NCBI RefSeq assembly: GCF_009914755.1
Contig: NC_060927.1
Source of the DNA: the human T2T-CHM13v2.0 reference genome, Homo sapiens
Length of the DNA stretch: 64,000 bases
Direction: 5' to 3' (one strand)
Part shown: positions 41,336-54,169 of the stretch, piece by piece
How positions within the stretch are numbered: the stretch's first letter is position 1
How the letters are laid out: each line of letters opens with the position of its first letter
Notes under the pieces: generated by a model
Told to the model about the DNA's origin: nothing
The model's database searches: none
What the model saw: the letters and a program-made list of their open reading frames with translations, nothing else
Translations under genes and position numbers: made by a program

Positions 41336-41416
41336 GCGCATTACACCTGAGAATCCCTTAGTACCCACCCACGGAGGGAGCTGGATGAAAGCATCCAACC
41401 AGTAAAAAGACCCAGG

Positions 41417-41505
41417 CTCTCACTCCAGCCTGGGCAACATAACAAGACCCCACCTCCTTACAGAAATTAATTTTCAATTTTTAAAAAAAATTAAATTAAC
41501 TAATT
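41417..41505 (+). mobile_element. 5'-truncated Alu end with TSD
   Basis: CACTCCAGCCTGGGCAACA..AGACCCC plus A/T tail; AAAAGACCCAGG at 41405-41416 and 41506-41517. Confidence 0.7.
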
Positions 41506-42569
41506 AAAAGACCCAGGGTCTCCAGGTGAAGCACCGAGAGAATCTGCTACACCCAGCTATATGGAGAGTTAACATTATTAAAAACTTGTAAAGCTCTTTC
41601 CCTGGGTATTCCACAAACACAACCACTGTGGCCTTCATTAATTCCAGCCAGGTTAATTTCCCTGTAGCAAGAAATGAACCTGAGTATTCTAAGATCAGCA
41701 TTCAAATCTTCACACACAAAAAAGGCAAACAGGCTGATGTTTTAAGACACTATTTTTCACAGGTTGGCTCTCTGGATAGCTAGGCTGAGATGCTCTTATG
41801 GAGTTTTTCACTGCAATGCTTGGCAGCAATGTGACATCATAAAATGATTCATCTCTCTTGGATTATTGTCTTAAATGTTTACTGCAAATCTAACATTAAT
41901 GAAATAGCATCAGCAGACATCCATTATTTCTCTTTTTTTTCCTCATTAATCTCATTACTTCAAAGAATTTCAACTATGCTTCAAAGACATCATCAACTTA
42001 AGGGGTGCTCTCCAGGGCTTAGGAACAGTTTCTTTTTCACTGCATCATGCATAAACAAGCAGTGAGTACAATTTTCCTTTATTAGGGATGAATTAACCTT
42101 AGGCATCTTTTCAGCCTTTCACTGAAAAATCAGACAAATCAATATTCTGGAATTTATTTGTAATTTTCTCCCCAAGTGAAGTTTGGGCAGCACTCAAGTT
42201 CAGGGATTTCATGAGTCTCTTTCACAATATGAAGTTCTTGTTATTCTTTGTGATCGAAAAAAAAGAAACAGTTCCACATGTTATTCATGTTATTTTCACA
42301 ACCTAGGTAGATTCCTGATTCTACGTTTTACAACCATTCAGCCTCATATGCCAAAAAGAATTGTGCATACAGAGAGAGAAAGAGAGTGGGAGGGAGGGAG
42401 GGAAGGAAAGGGAGGAAGGGAAGGAAGGAGGAAGAGAGGAAAGAAGAAAGGGAAAAAGGAAGGAAGGGAGGGAGGAACTCTTTTAAAGATTTGTTTACGT
42501 ACCCCAAATGAATCTCACTTGCTCCTTGGCTAGTCTCAGCATAGTCTCTCATTCAAATGAAACAACAAA

Positions 42570-43445
42570 ATAAAAAGCGGTGGACAACAATTTTAATTAT
42601 TTGTACTCTGTTGTATTTTTTAAACTATAAAAGGAATACATCATGTAAAAGGACACAGGAGCCAACCTAAAAGAGCTCCCAGTGGCCAAAGTTGGAACAA
42701 AACTGAGCAACAAAATAAGTAACAAAAACATTTTTTATAACCCAAAGAATAAAATAACCATAAGTCAATGCTAACATAAAAAAGTGATTGAATAAATAAC
42801 AAGTAAGGGAGAACAGAAGAATTCCAGTTAACAAATAGAGACAGAATAAGGAAAGTAGACAAACTTTATCAGAGCAGTACAGCAATAATTGCTGCAAGAT
42901 TCACCAAACAATACTATAATTAGTGGACAAAAGTTTGACAAGATATAGGATACTAAGAAGAAAAGGGATAAGAAGAAAGAACTTTCCCCAAAATATGTAT
43001 TATTTACAAAAGGGAAAATAGCAACTTTGAGTGGGGAAAGCAGATGCCATCCAATCACATGATCAAGGCTAACATCACCAGCAACAGATGTGCCAATAGC
43101 ACATACCCGCAGTATTTTGAGCAGAGAAGAGCACATCACCACCATGGCATTCTTCCCCAAGATCCATAATCTCAATCTATCAAAGCATGAGAAAACATGA
43201 CAAACCCAAACTAAGGGACATTCTATCAAATGCCTGACCTGTACTCTTCAAGACTCTCAGGGTCATAAAAGGACAAGTACAGGTTGAGGAACTGTCACAG
43301 ATCGGAGGAGAACAGGGGGACATGGGACTCAATGTAATGTGGGATTTGGGGAAAGAAGAAGGACATGAGTGGAAAAACTGGTGACATCTGAACACATTCT
43401 GTAGTTTACTGAATAGTGTTGTCCTGGCATTAATTTCTTGTTTTT
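42570..43445 (+). mobile_element. L1M (L1MC-like) 3' region
   Basis: GACAAACCCAAACTAAGGGACATTCTA..GACCTGTACTCTTCAA..TGAGGAACTGTCACAGAT..ACTCAATGTAATGTGGGAT. Confidence 0.7.
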
Positions 43446-43716
43446 GATCCTCTCCCCTTACCAGGGAAAGAGGCTTCCCACTCTTGAGTCCACAGTGCTT
43501 GCACCTCCGCAAGACAAGCATATCCCTAGGCCCCCCAGAGTAGACAAGAGAGGAGGTGAAGACTCGGAAGAAACCCCTCCCTTGGCAGCTCGTTTATGAC
43601 CCAAAACGAGGATACAACTGGCCCTGAGAGAGCAGCGGTATACTGGGATATATGAGGATGGTCATGTGGCGGAGAGGGGTGTTTTTGTGTACCAGCCTTT
43701 CACCTCTGCCGACCTT
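43446..43716 (+). mobile_element. HERV-E-like gag fragment (first copy)
   Basis: encodes ..LREQRYTGIYEDGHVAERGVFVYQPFTSADL; the last ~143 bp are repeated at 46794-46937. Confidence 0.8.
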
Positions 43717-46440
43717 ACAGATCACGTCACAAGGTGTACACCTTCTGTGACATTTTGTACACTCTGTGACATTCAAAGAAACATCCCCCTAGGATATTAT
43801 GAATAATAACACAGGCGGTGTACACACATGATGTACACCACCTGTGTCATCAGGAGTAACATTCCCCTTGGATATTACCAATAATATCACAGCAGGTGTC
43901 CACACATGGTGTACACCCCATGTGACATTAGGGAGAGCATGCCCCTAGGATATTAGGAATAGTATCACAGGCGTTGAATACGTATGTCATACACCCCCGG
44001 TGACAATAAAAATAACATCCCCCTTGGATATTACGACTAATATGACAGGGAGTACATGCCGTGTGACATTAGGAGTAACACCCCCGAGGATATAATGAAT
44101 CATATCAGAGGGTGTACATGCATTGTGACCTTCCTAGTAACATCTCTTTAGGATATCACAAACAATATCACAGGGTGTACAGGCATTGTGACATTAGTAG
44201 TAACATCCCGCCAGGATATGACGATTCATATCACAGGGTATACATCCCCTTGACAATAGTAGCAACATTCCCCTAGAATATTATGAATAATATCCCAGGA
44301 TGTAGAGCCCTGGTGATTTATGAGTAACATGTCTGTAGAATATTACAACTCCTATCACTGTGTGACTCTGTGTACACCCCGTGTGACATTAGAAGTAACA
44401 TCCCCCGAGGATATAACGAATAATGTCAGAGAATGTACCTGCATTGGGACATCAGTAGTAACATCTCTTCAGGACAATACGAATAATATCAAAGGGTGCA
44501 CACGCATTGTGAAATGACTAGTGAAGTCCCGCTAGGATATTACGAATTTGATGGCAGGGTCTACACGTCCTGTGACATTAGCAGTAACGTTTTCCTGGAA
44601 TATTATGAAGAATATTAAAGGGTGTACAGGACCTGTGAATTACGAGTAACATTTCTATAGAACATTGCACGTAACATCACTGTGTGTCCACCCCGTGTGA
44701 CATTAGGGGTGACATCCCACAAAATTATAACGAATAATTTCACAAGGTGTACAACCTCTGTGACATTAAGACTCACATTTCCCTAGAATATGACGATAAT
44801 ATCACAGAGTGTACACCCTCTGTGATACGAGGAGTCACATCTTACAAGGATCATACGAGTAATTTGACAAGGTGTACAAACCCTGTGACATAAGAGGTGA
44901 CATCCCTCTAGGATATTATGAATAATATCAAACGGAACCTGCCCCGTGTGACAATAAAAGTAACCTCCCCTTAGGAGAATAAGACCACAAGGTGTACACA
45001 CATTGTGATATTATTATTAATGTCCCGCTAGGATACTGTGAATAACATCTCAAGTGTGTAGAGTCCTGTGACAACATGAATAACATTCCCCTACAATATT
45101 ACGAATAATATCGCAGGGTGTATACCCCGGTGACTTTAGTAGCGGCATGTTGCTAGAATATGGAAAATAATGTCCCAGGGTGTGAAACAAGGGTGGTAGT
45201 AGACAAAAGATCCTAGGAAAAATCCGGGAGTAATATCACCCCCCCTCTCCCCACCTGGATATTACGATCCACATCGCAGGGGGGCGGGCGCCTCCCGCGA
45301 TGCGGGGAGTAATATCACCCCCCTCTCCCCACCTGGATATTACAATCCACGGTGGTCACACAGCATGTTGACGGGATTGTCAGTAATATCTTCTCAGCCT
45401 CTGGAAATCACCAACTATATTATAGACGGGTGTACATCCTCTGTACTCTTTGCAGTAATAGCATCCTCTTGCCCCTGGATATTAAGAACAATATCACGGG
45501 AGTGTTTCCACCCCCAGCAGCATTGGGTGTAGTATCGTCCTCTCCCACGTTGAAATTAGGAACAGTATCACTGGGGGCGTGTCCACCCCATGCGATATTG
45601 AAAGTAACATCATCCTCTTCTCTCCTGGATCATGGGAACAATATCCCTGGGGTGGTGTACACTTTCTGCGCTATTGGGAGTAGGGTCATCCTCTCCCCCT
45701 TGTAATATTAAGGACCATATCACAGGGGGGCTGTACACACCCTGTGCTATTAAGAATATTATCCTCCCCCGCCCTGCACATTACAAAAAATATCACAGTG
45801 TGGGTGTACACCTCCTGCGACATGGGGGTAATATCATCCTCTTTTCTTCTGGATAGTAGGAACAATATTACACAGGTTTGTACACTTTCTGTGATATTGG
45901 GAGTAATATCAACCTCTCCGCCTTTGAATATTAAGAACAATATCACAGACTGGATGTACACCCCCTGCCATATTGGGAGTCTTATCAGCCTCTCCTCTCC
46001 ATGGATATTAGGAAGAATATCCCAGGATGGGTGTACACCCCCTGCTGTTTGGGGAGTCATATCGTCCTCTCCCTTCCTGAATACTAGGAACAATATCAGA
46101 AGGTGGGTGTACACAGCCTGCGATATTTCGAGTAATATCACCCTCTCCCCCTCCGGATATTAGAACAATGTCACAAAAGGGGTGTACACTTCCTGTGATC
46201 CTGGGAGTAACAGCATTCTCTTCTTCCAGGAATATGAGGAGGAATATCACCAGGTGTATGCACACCCACTGCTATCTTGGGAGTAACGTCATACGCCATC
46301 CTCTGGAGATGATATTCGGATCAATATCACTGGGTGGGTGTACACCTGCTGCGATATTGAACGTAATATCATGCTCTCTCCCTCTCTGGACATTAGGAAC
46401 AATATCACAGGTGGGTGTACACCCACTGAGGTATTAGGCA
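43717..46440. repeat. SATR2/SATR1-like satellite array
   Basis: diverged ~65-76-bp monomers ATATCACAGGGTGTACACCCC..TGTGACATTAGGAGTAACATCCCCTAGGATATTA. Confidence 0.85.
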
Positions 46441-46775
46441 TAATATTCATATTAATTCTTCCTCATTTAATATAAACATGAATATGTATTACCAATATTA
46501 ATATTAATATTAAGAAATCATTGCTAATAGTGTTCAGATTATTAATATTAATATTAATTATTACGAGCTAATATTACTGTTTTCTAATGAATAATATCAA
46601 TATCACTTATTAATACCAGGCATCATTAATATTAATCATTTATTGTTATCGTTAGTATAACTCTTTAATATGAATTATCATTATTATCGGTATTGATTTT
46701 AACAATTACATGATCAGTTATTAATATTGATAATTAGAAGTGTCAATTAATAATTGAGATTATTAATTGCGGTAA
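46441..46775. repeat. AT-rich low-complexity tract (ATTAAT/TAATAT motifs)
   Basis: very low GC, repeated ATTAATATTAAT. Confidence 0.85.
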
Positions 46776-46793
46776 GTCACATTGCGCCATTCC

Positions 46794-47852
46794 ACCCCTC
46801 CCTCGGCTGCTCGTTTACGATGCAAAACTGGGATCCAAATGCCACTGAGAGACCAGCGGTATACTGGGATAAAGGAGGATGGTCAGGTGGTGGAGAGGCA
46901 TGTTTTTGTGTACCAGCCCTTCACCTCTGCTGACCTTCTCAACTGGGAAAACAATACCCCATCCTACAGCGAAAAGCCGCAAGCCCTAATTGATTTGCTC
47001 CAGACTGTTATCCAGACCCACAACCACACCTGGGTTGATTGCCATCGGTTGCTCATGTTCCTCTTTAACAGAGATGAAAGGCAAAAGGCGGAGAGGGCTC
47101 CACGCAGCAACTAAGTGGCTAGAGGAACATGCACCAGACCAGCTGATTATCAAAACCCCCAAGAGTATGGAAGGACTCAGTTACCAGGAACCGACCACCT
47201 GTTGGACCCACATGAAAGAGAGGATATGCAAAGGCTAAACTGAGACAGGGAAGCTCTCTTGGAAGCATTAAAGACGGGAGCTCAAAAGGCCACAAACGTT
47301 AACAAGGTCTCTGAGGTCATTCAGGGAAAAGAAGTCCAGCACAATTCTACCAGAGACTGTGTGAGGCCTAAGGTATGTATACTCCCCTTGATCCCGATAA
47401 CCCTGAAAATCAGCACATGATTCACATGGCTTTAGTCCGTCAAAGCACGGAACACGTTAGAAGAAAACTGCAGAAGCAGGCTGGGCTTGCAGGGATGAAT
47501 ACATCACAATGATGAGAAATAGCTAAGCAGGTGTTTGTAAACAGGGATGCAGTAAGCCGCGAGGAAAAGCGCAAAGAGAATGAACGTCAGGCCTGGCGAA
47601 ATGCTGACCTGTTTGTTAGCTGCAGCAATCAGAGGGGTCCCCCCAAAGAAGCAAGGGAAGGGGGGCCCTGGGAAAGAAACTCAGCTTGGCTGTCAGGGTT
47701 TGCAGCGTAACCAGTGTGCTTATTGGAAAGAAATAGGACAGTGGAAGAACAAATGCCCTCAGCTCAAAAGAAAACAAGGTGACTCAGAGCAGGAGGCCCC
47801 GGACAAGGAGGAAGGGGCCCGGCTCAACCTGGCAGAAGGGTTATTGGACTGA
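46794..47852 (+). pseudogene. HERV-E-like gag (CA-NC), disrupted
   Basis: FVYQPFTSADLLNW..PSYSEKPQALIDLLQT, MHR-like VIQGKE, NC knuckle CAYWKEIGQWKNKC (degenerate CCHC), ends LAEGLLD-TGA; several stops and frameshifts. Confidence 0.88.
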
Positions 47853-49521
47853 GGGGAGACCGGGCTCAAGTGTCCCCAAAGACCCCCTGGTCAGAATGAT
47901 GGTCGGGGTAGAGACATTGATTTTCTTGTAGACAGCGGTGCTGAACATTCGCTAGTAACCGCCCCGGTCACCCCCTTATCCAAAAAGGCTCTTGACATCA
48001 CCGGAGCCATGGGGGTTTCAGCAAAGCAAGCTTTCTGCTTGCCTCGGATTTGTACTGTAGGAGGACATCAAGTCATTCATCAGTTTTGGTACATGCCTGA
48101 CTGTCCCTTGCCCTTTTTGGGAAGGGACTTGCTCAGCAAGCTGAGAGCCACTACCTCTTTGACAGAGCACGGCTCTTTGCTGCTAAAGTTACCCAGAACA
48201 GGAGTCATTATGACCCTTACGGTCCCCCGAGAGGAGGAATGGAGACTTTTCTGAACTGAGCTGGGCCAAGAGAGAAGACAAGCTCTGGCCAAGCGGTGGC
48301 CAACGTCCGGGCGGAAGACAACCCTCTGGGATTGGCCAGTTAAGACTGTGGCCCAGCCGGTTAGGCAAAAACAGGACCGGGTCCCTAGAGAAGCTCTTCA
48401 AGGTATCCAGGTCCGTCTCAAGCACCTAACAACTTTTGGAATTATTGTTCCTTGTCAGTCGCCATGGAACACTCCCCTCCTGCTTGTTCCCAAGCCACGG
48501 ACCAAGGACTACCGGCCAGTACAGGATTTGTGCTTGCTTAATCAAGCTACACTGACTTTACATCCAACAGTACCTAACCCGTCCACATTGTTGGGTTTGC
48601 TGCCAGCTGAGGACAGCTGGTTCACCTGCTTGGACCTGAAAGATTCTTTCTTTCCTATCAGATTATCCCCTGAGAGGCAGAAGCTGTTTGCCTTTCAGTG
48701 GGAAGATCCGGAGTCAGGTGTCACTAATCAGTACACTTGGACCGGGCTTCCCCAAGGGTTCAAGAACTCCCCCACCATCTTCGGGAAGGCGTTGGCTCGA
48801 GACCATCAGAAGTTTCCCACCAGAGACCTAGGCTGCGTGTTGCTCCAGTAGGTTGATGACCTTCTGCTGGGACACCCCATTGCAGTCGGGTGTCCCAAGG
48901 GAACAGATGCCCTACACCAGCACCTGGAGGACTGTGGGTATAAGGCGTCCAAGAAGAAAGCTCAGATCTGCCAACAGCAGGTACCTTACTTGTGATTTAC
49001 TATCCGACAGGGGTCGGAACGCAGCCCAGGATCAGAAAGAAAGCAGGTAATTTGCAATCTAGCGGAGTCTAAGAGCAGAAGTCAGGCGAGAGGCTTCTTA
49101 GGAGCTGTGGGGTTTTGTAGACTGTGGATCCCAAACTTTGCAGTACTAGCCAAGCCTTTGCATGAGGTCACAAAGGGGGCTGGGACCGGGAACCTTTGGA
49201 ATGGGGATCCCAACAACAGCAAGTCTTTCATCAGTTAAAGGAAAAACTTCTGGCAGCCCCAGCCCTGGGGCTACCGGATCTGACGAAGCCTTTTCCATTG
49301 TATGCGTCACAGAGAGAAAAGATGGCAGCTGGACTTTTAACCCAAACTGTGGGGCCCTAGCTGAGGCCAGTGGCCTACCTCTCTAAACAACTAGATGGGG
49401 TTTCTAAAGGATGGCCCCCCGTTTGAGGGCCTTGGCAGCAACTGCCCTGCTAGTACGAGAAGCAAATAAGCTGACTCTTGGGCAAAACCTGAACATAAAG
49501 GCCCCCCATGCTGTGGTGACT
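47853..49521 (+). pseudogene. HERV-E-like protease and reverse transcriptase, disrupted
   Basis: FLVDSGAEHS protease motif, LGRDLL, SPWNTPLL, YRPVQDL, LDLKD, LPQGFKNSPT; YVDD motif reads *VDD (TAG at 48849-48851). Confidence 0.9.
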
Positions 49522-50189
49522 GAGAGCCAGCCCCTCTTCCCCGCCTGGCTCTTAGGATCCACGGTGGACTCACAGCCTGTTTACCATATTGTGAGTAATA
49601 TCATCTCCCCCTCTGGAGATTATGAACTGTTTCACAGACGGGTGTACACACTCGGTGTACAGAGGGTGTACACCCGTCTGTACTGGGAGTAATATCATCC
49701 TCTTCCTCCCTGAATATTAAGAACAGTATCACAAGGGTGTTTCTACTCCCTGCGATATCGCGTGTCATATCCTCCTCTCCCACGTTGCAATTAGAAACAA
49801 TATCAGTGGGGGCGAGTCCACCTTCTGTCATATTGAAAGTAATATCATCTTCTTCCCTCCAGGATCGTGGGAAAAATATCCCTGGGGGGTTTCCACTTTC
49901 TGCCATACATGTAGTCATATCACCCCCTCTGCCTTGGAATATTATTAAGGACCATCTCACACGGGGGTGAATACTTACTGCCATATTGGGAGTAATATCA
50001 ACCTCTCGGCCTCTGAATATTAGGGAGAATATCACAGCGTGGGTGTACACATCGTGCTCTATTATGGGGAGTCATATCTGCCTATTATGGGGAGTAATAT
50101 CATCCTCTCCCTTTCAGGATATTAATAACAATTTCACAGGCTGGGTGAACACAGCCTGCGATGCTGGAATTACTATCATTCTCTCCCCC

Positions 50190-50640
50190 TCTTCCCACCT
50201 GGATCTCAGGACCTCATCGCAGTGGGGGGAGGCACCCCCAGTGAGGCGGGGACTGAGAGCCAGCCCCTCTTCCCCACCTGGCCCTTAGGACCCCCATCGC
50301 AGGGGAGGAGGCATCCCCCGTGAGGCGGGGACAGAGAGCCAGCCCCTCTTTCCCCCCTGGCTCTTAGGACCCCCATAGTAGGGGGGGAAGGCATCCCCCT
50401 GTGAGGCGGGGACTGAGAGCCAGTCCCTCTTCCCCCCCTGGCTCTTGAGACCTCCATCGCGGTGGGGGGAGGAACCCCCCAGGAGGCGGGGACTGCAAGC
50501 CAGCCCCTCTTCCCCCTGTGGCTCTTAGGACCCCCATCGCAGCGGGGAGAGATACCCCCCGCGAGGCAGGGACTGAGAGCCAGCCCCTCTTCCCCCCCTT
50601 GCTCAGGACGCCCATCGCGGATCCTAAGATCCTTTGGACC
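50190..50640. repeat. GC-rich ~76-bp VNTR block 1 (~6 units)
   Basis: unit CCCCATCGCAGGGGGGAGGCACCCCCCGCGAGGCGGGGACTGAGAGCCAGCCCCTCTTCCCCCCCTGGCTCTTAGGA. Confidence 0.93.
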
Positions 50641-51889
50641 CACCTGGAGGACTGTGGGTATTAGGTGTCCAAGAAGAAATCTCAGAGCTGCCGAAGGCAG
50701 GTACCTTACTTGGGATTTACTATCCAACAGGGGTCCGAACTCAGCAGCCCGGGATCAGAAAGAAAGCAGGTCATTTGCAATCTATCGGAGCCTAAGGGCA
50801 GAAGGCAGGTGAGAGAATTCTTAGGAGCTGTGGGGTTTTCTAGACTGTGGATCCCAAACTTTGCAGTATTAGCCAAGCCTTTCTATGAGGTCACAAAGGG
50901 GGCGGGGACCAGGAACCTTTGGAATGGGGATCCCAACAACAGCAAGTCTTTCATGAGTTAAAGGAAAAACTTCTGGCAGCCCCAGCCCTGGGGCTACCCG
51001 ATCTGACACAGCCTTTTCCATTGTATGCATCAGAGAGAGAAAAGATGGCAGCTGGACATTTAACCCAAACTGTAGGGCCCTGGCTGAGGCCGGTGGCCTA
51101 CGTCTCTAAACAACTAGACAGGGTTTCTAAAGGATTGCCCCCCTGTTTGAGGGCCTTGGCAGCAACTGCCCTGCTAGTACAAGAAGCAAAGAAGCTGACT
51201 CTTGGGCAAAACCTGAACATAAAGGCCCCCCATGCTGTGGTGACTGAGAGCCAGCCCCACACACCCACTCCACCACCAGCTCTCAGGATCTGCGGTGGAC
51301 TCACAGCCTGTTTACCATATTGTGAGTAATATCATCTCCCCCTCTGGAGATTATGAACTGTTTCACAGACGGATGTACACCCATCTGTACTGGGAGTAAT
51401 ATCATCCTCTTCCTCCCTGAATATTAAGAACAGTATAACAGGGGTTTTTCTACTCCCTGCGATATCGCGTGTCATATCCTCCTCTCCCACGTTGCAATTA
51501 GAAACAATATCAGTGAGGGCGTGTCCACCTTCTGTCATATTGAAAGTAATATCATCTTCTTCCCTCCAGGATCGTGGGAACAACATCCCTGGGGGTTTCC
51601 ACTTTCTGCCATACATGAAGTCATATCACCCCCTCCGCCTTGGAATATTATGAAGGAGCATCTCACACCGGGGTGTATACTTACGGCGATATTTGGAGTA
51701 ATATCAACCTCTCGGCCTTTGAATATTGGGAAGAATATCACAGGGTGGGTGTACACCTCGTGCTCTATTATGGGGAGTCATATCTGTCTATTATGGGGAG
51801 TAATATCATCCTCTCCCTTTCAGGATATTAATAACAAATTCACAGGCTGGGTGAACAGCCTGCGATGCTGGAATTATTATCCTCTCCGC

Positions 51890-52902
51890 CTCTATCCCCC
51901 CCTGGCTCTTAGGACCCCCATTGCAAGGGGGTGAGGCACCCCCCGCGAGGCGGGGACTGAGAGCCAGCCCCTCTTCCCTCCATGGCTCTTAGGACCCCAA
52001 TCACAGAGGGGGGAACACCCCCCGCGAGGCAGGGACTGAGAGCCAGCCCTTCTTCCCCCCCGGCTTTTGGGACCCCCATCGCAGTGGGGGGAGGCACCCC
52101 CCGCGAGGCGAGGATTGAGAGCCAGCCACTCTTCCCCTCCTGGGTCTTAGGACCCCCAACGTGGGGGGGGGAGGCACCACACGCGAGGCGGGGAAAGAGA
52201 GCCAGCCCCTCTTCCCTCCCTGCCACTTAGGACCCCATCGCAGGGGGAGGAGGCGGCACTCCCCACGAGGCGGGGACTGAGAACCAATCCCTCTTCCCCC
52301 AGCCTGGCTCTTAGGATCCCCATCGCAAGGGGGGGAGGCACCCCCCGCCAGGCGGGGACTGAGAGCCAGCCCCTCTTCCCCTCCTGGCTCTTGGGACCCC
52401 CATCGCAGGGGGGATGGCACCCTCCGTGAGGCGGGGACTGAGAGCCAGCCAATTTTCCCCCTGGCTTTTAGGACCCCCATCGGAGGGGGGGAGCCACCCC
52501 CCATGAGGCGGGGACTAAGAGCCAGCCCCTCTTCCCGCCCCTTGCTCTTCCGACCCCCATCGCATTGGCGGGAGGCATCCCCCAGGAGGAGGGGACTGAG
52601 AGCCAGCCCCTCTTCCCCCCCTGGCTCTTAGGACCCCCATCACAGCGGGGGGAGGCACCCCCCGGGAGGCGGGGACTGAGAACCAGCCCCTATTCCCCCC
52701 CTGGCTTTGGGACCCTCATCGCAGGTAGGGGAGGCACCCTCAGCGAGGCAGGAACTGAGAGCCAGCCTCTCTTCCCCCCCTGGCTCTTGGGACCCCCATC
52801 GAAGGGGGTGGAGGCACCCCCGGTGAGGCGGGGAATGAGAGCCAGTGCCTCTTCCCCCCCTGGCTTAGGACCCCCATCGCGGATTCTAAGATCCTTAGGA
52901 CC
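51890..52902. repeat. GC-rich ~76-bp VNTR block 2 (~13 units)
   Basis: same unit as block 1. Confidence 0.93.
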
Positions 52903-54169
52903 CACCTGGAGGACTGTGGGTATTAGGTGTCTAAGAAGAAAGCTCAGATCTGCGGAAGGCAAGTACCTTACTTGGGATTTACTATCCCACAGGGGTCTGA
53001 ACGCAGCCCAGGATCAGAAAGAAAGCAGGTCATTTGCAATCTATCGGAGCCTAAGGGAAGAAGGCAGGTGAGAGAATTCTTAAGAGCTGTGGGGTTTTGT
53101 AGACTGTGGATCCCAAACTTTGCAGTATTAGCCAAGCCTTTGTATGAGGTCACAAAGGGGGCGGGGACCGGGAACCTTTGCAAGGGGGATCCCAACAACA
53201 GCAAGTCTTTCATGAGTTAAGGGAAAAACTTCCAGCAGCCCCAGCCCTGGGGCTACCCGATCTGACAAAGCCTTTTCCGTTGTATGCATCAGAGAGAGAA
53301 AAGATGGCAGCTGGACTTTTAACCCAAACTGTGGGACCCTGGCCGAGGCCGGTGGCCTACGTCTCTAAACAACTAGACAGGGTTTCTAAAGGATGGCCCC
53401 CCGTTTGAGGGCCTTGGCAGCAACTGCCCTGCTAGTACAAGAAGCAAAGAAGCTGACTCTTGGGCAAAACCTGAACATAAAGGCCCCCCATGCTGTGGTG
53501 ACTGAAAGCCAGCCCCTCTTCCCTCTCTGGCTCTTAGGATCCAAGGTGGACTCACAGACTGTTTACCATATTGTGAGTCATATCCTCTCGCTCTCTGGAG
53601 ATTATGAACTGTTTCACAGATGGGTGTACACCCTCGGTGTACAGAGGGTATACACCTGTCTGTACTGGGAGTAATATCATCCTCTTCCTCCCTGAATATT
53701 AAGAACAGTATCACAGGGGTGTTTCTACTCCCTGCGATATCGTGTGTTATATCCTCCTCTCCCACGCTGAAATTAGAAACAATATCAGTGAGGGCGTGTC
53801 CACCTTCTGTCATATTGAAAGTAATATCATCTTCTTCCCTCCAGGATCGTGGGTACAACATCCCTGGGGGTTTCCACTTTCTGCCATACATGAAGTCATA
53901 TCACCCCCTCCGCCTTGGTATATTATGAAGGAGCATCTCACACAGGGGTGTATACTTACTGCGATATTTGGAGTAATATCAACCTCTCGGCCTCTGAATA
54001 TTGGAAAGAATATTGCAGGGTGGGTGTACACCTCGTGCTCTATTATGGGGAGCCGTATCTGTCTATTATGGGGAGTAATATCATCCTCTCCCTTTCAGGA
54101 TATTAATAACAATTTGACAGGCTGGGTGAACACTGCCTGTGATGCTGGAATTATTATCATCCTCTCCCC

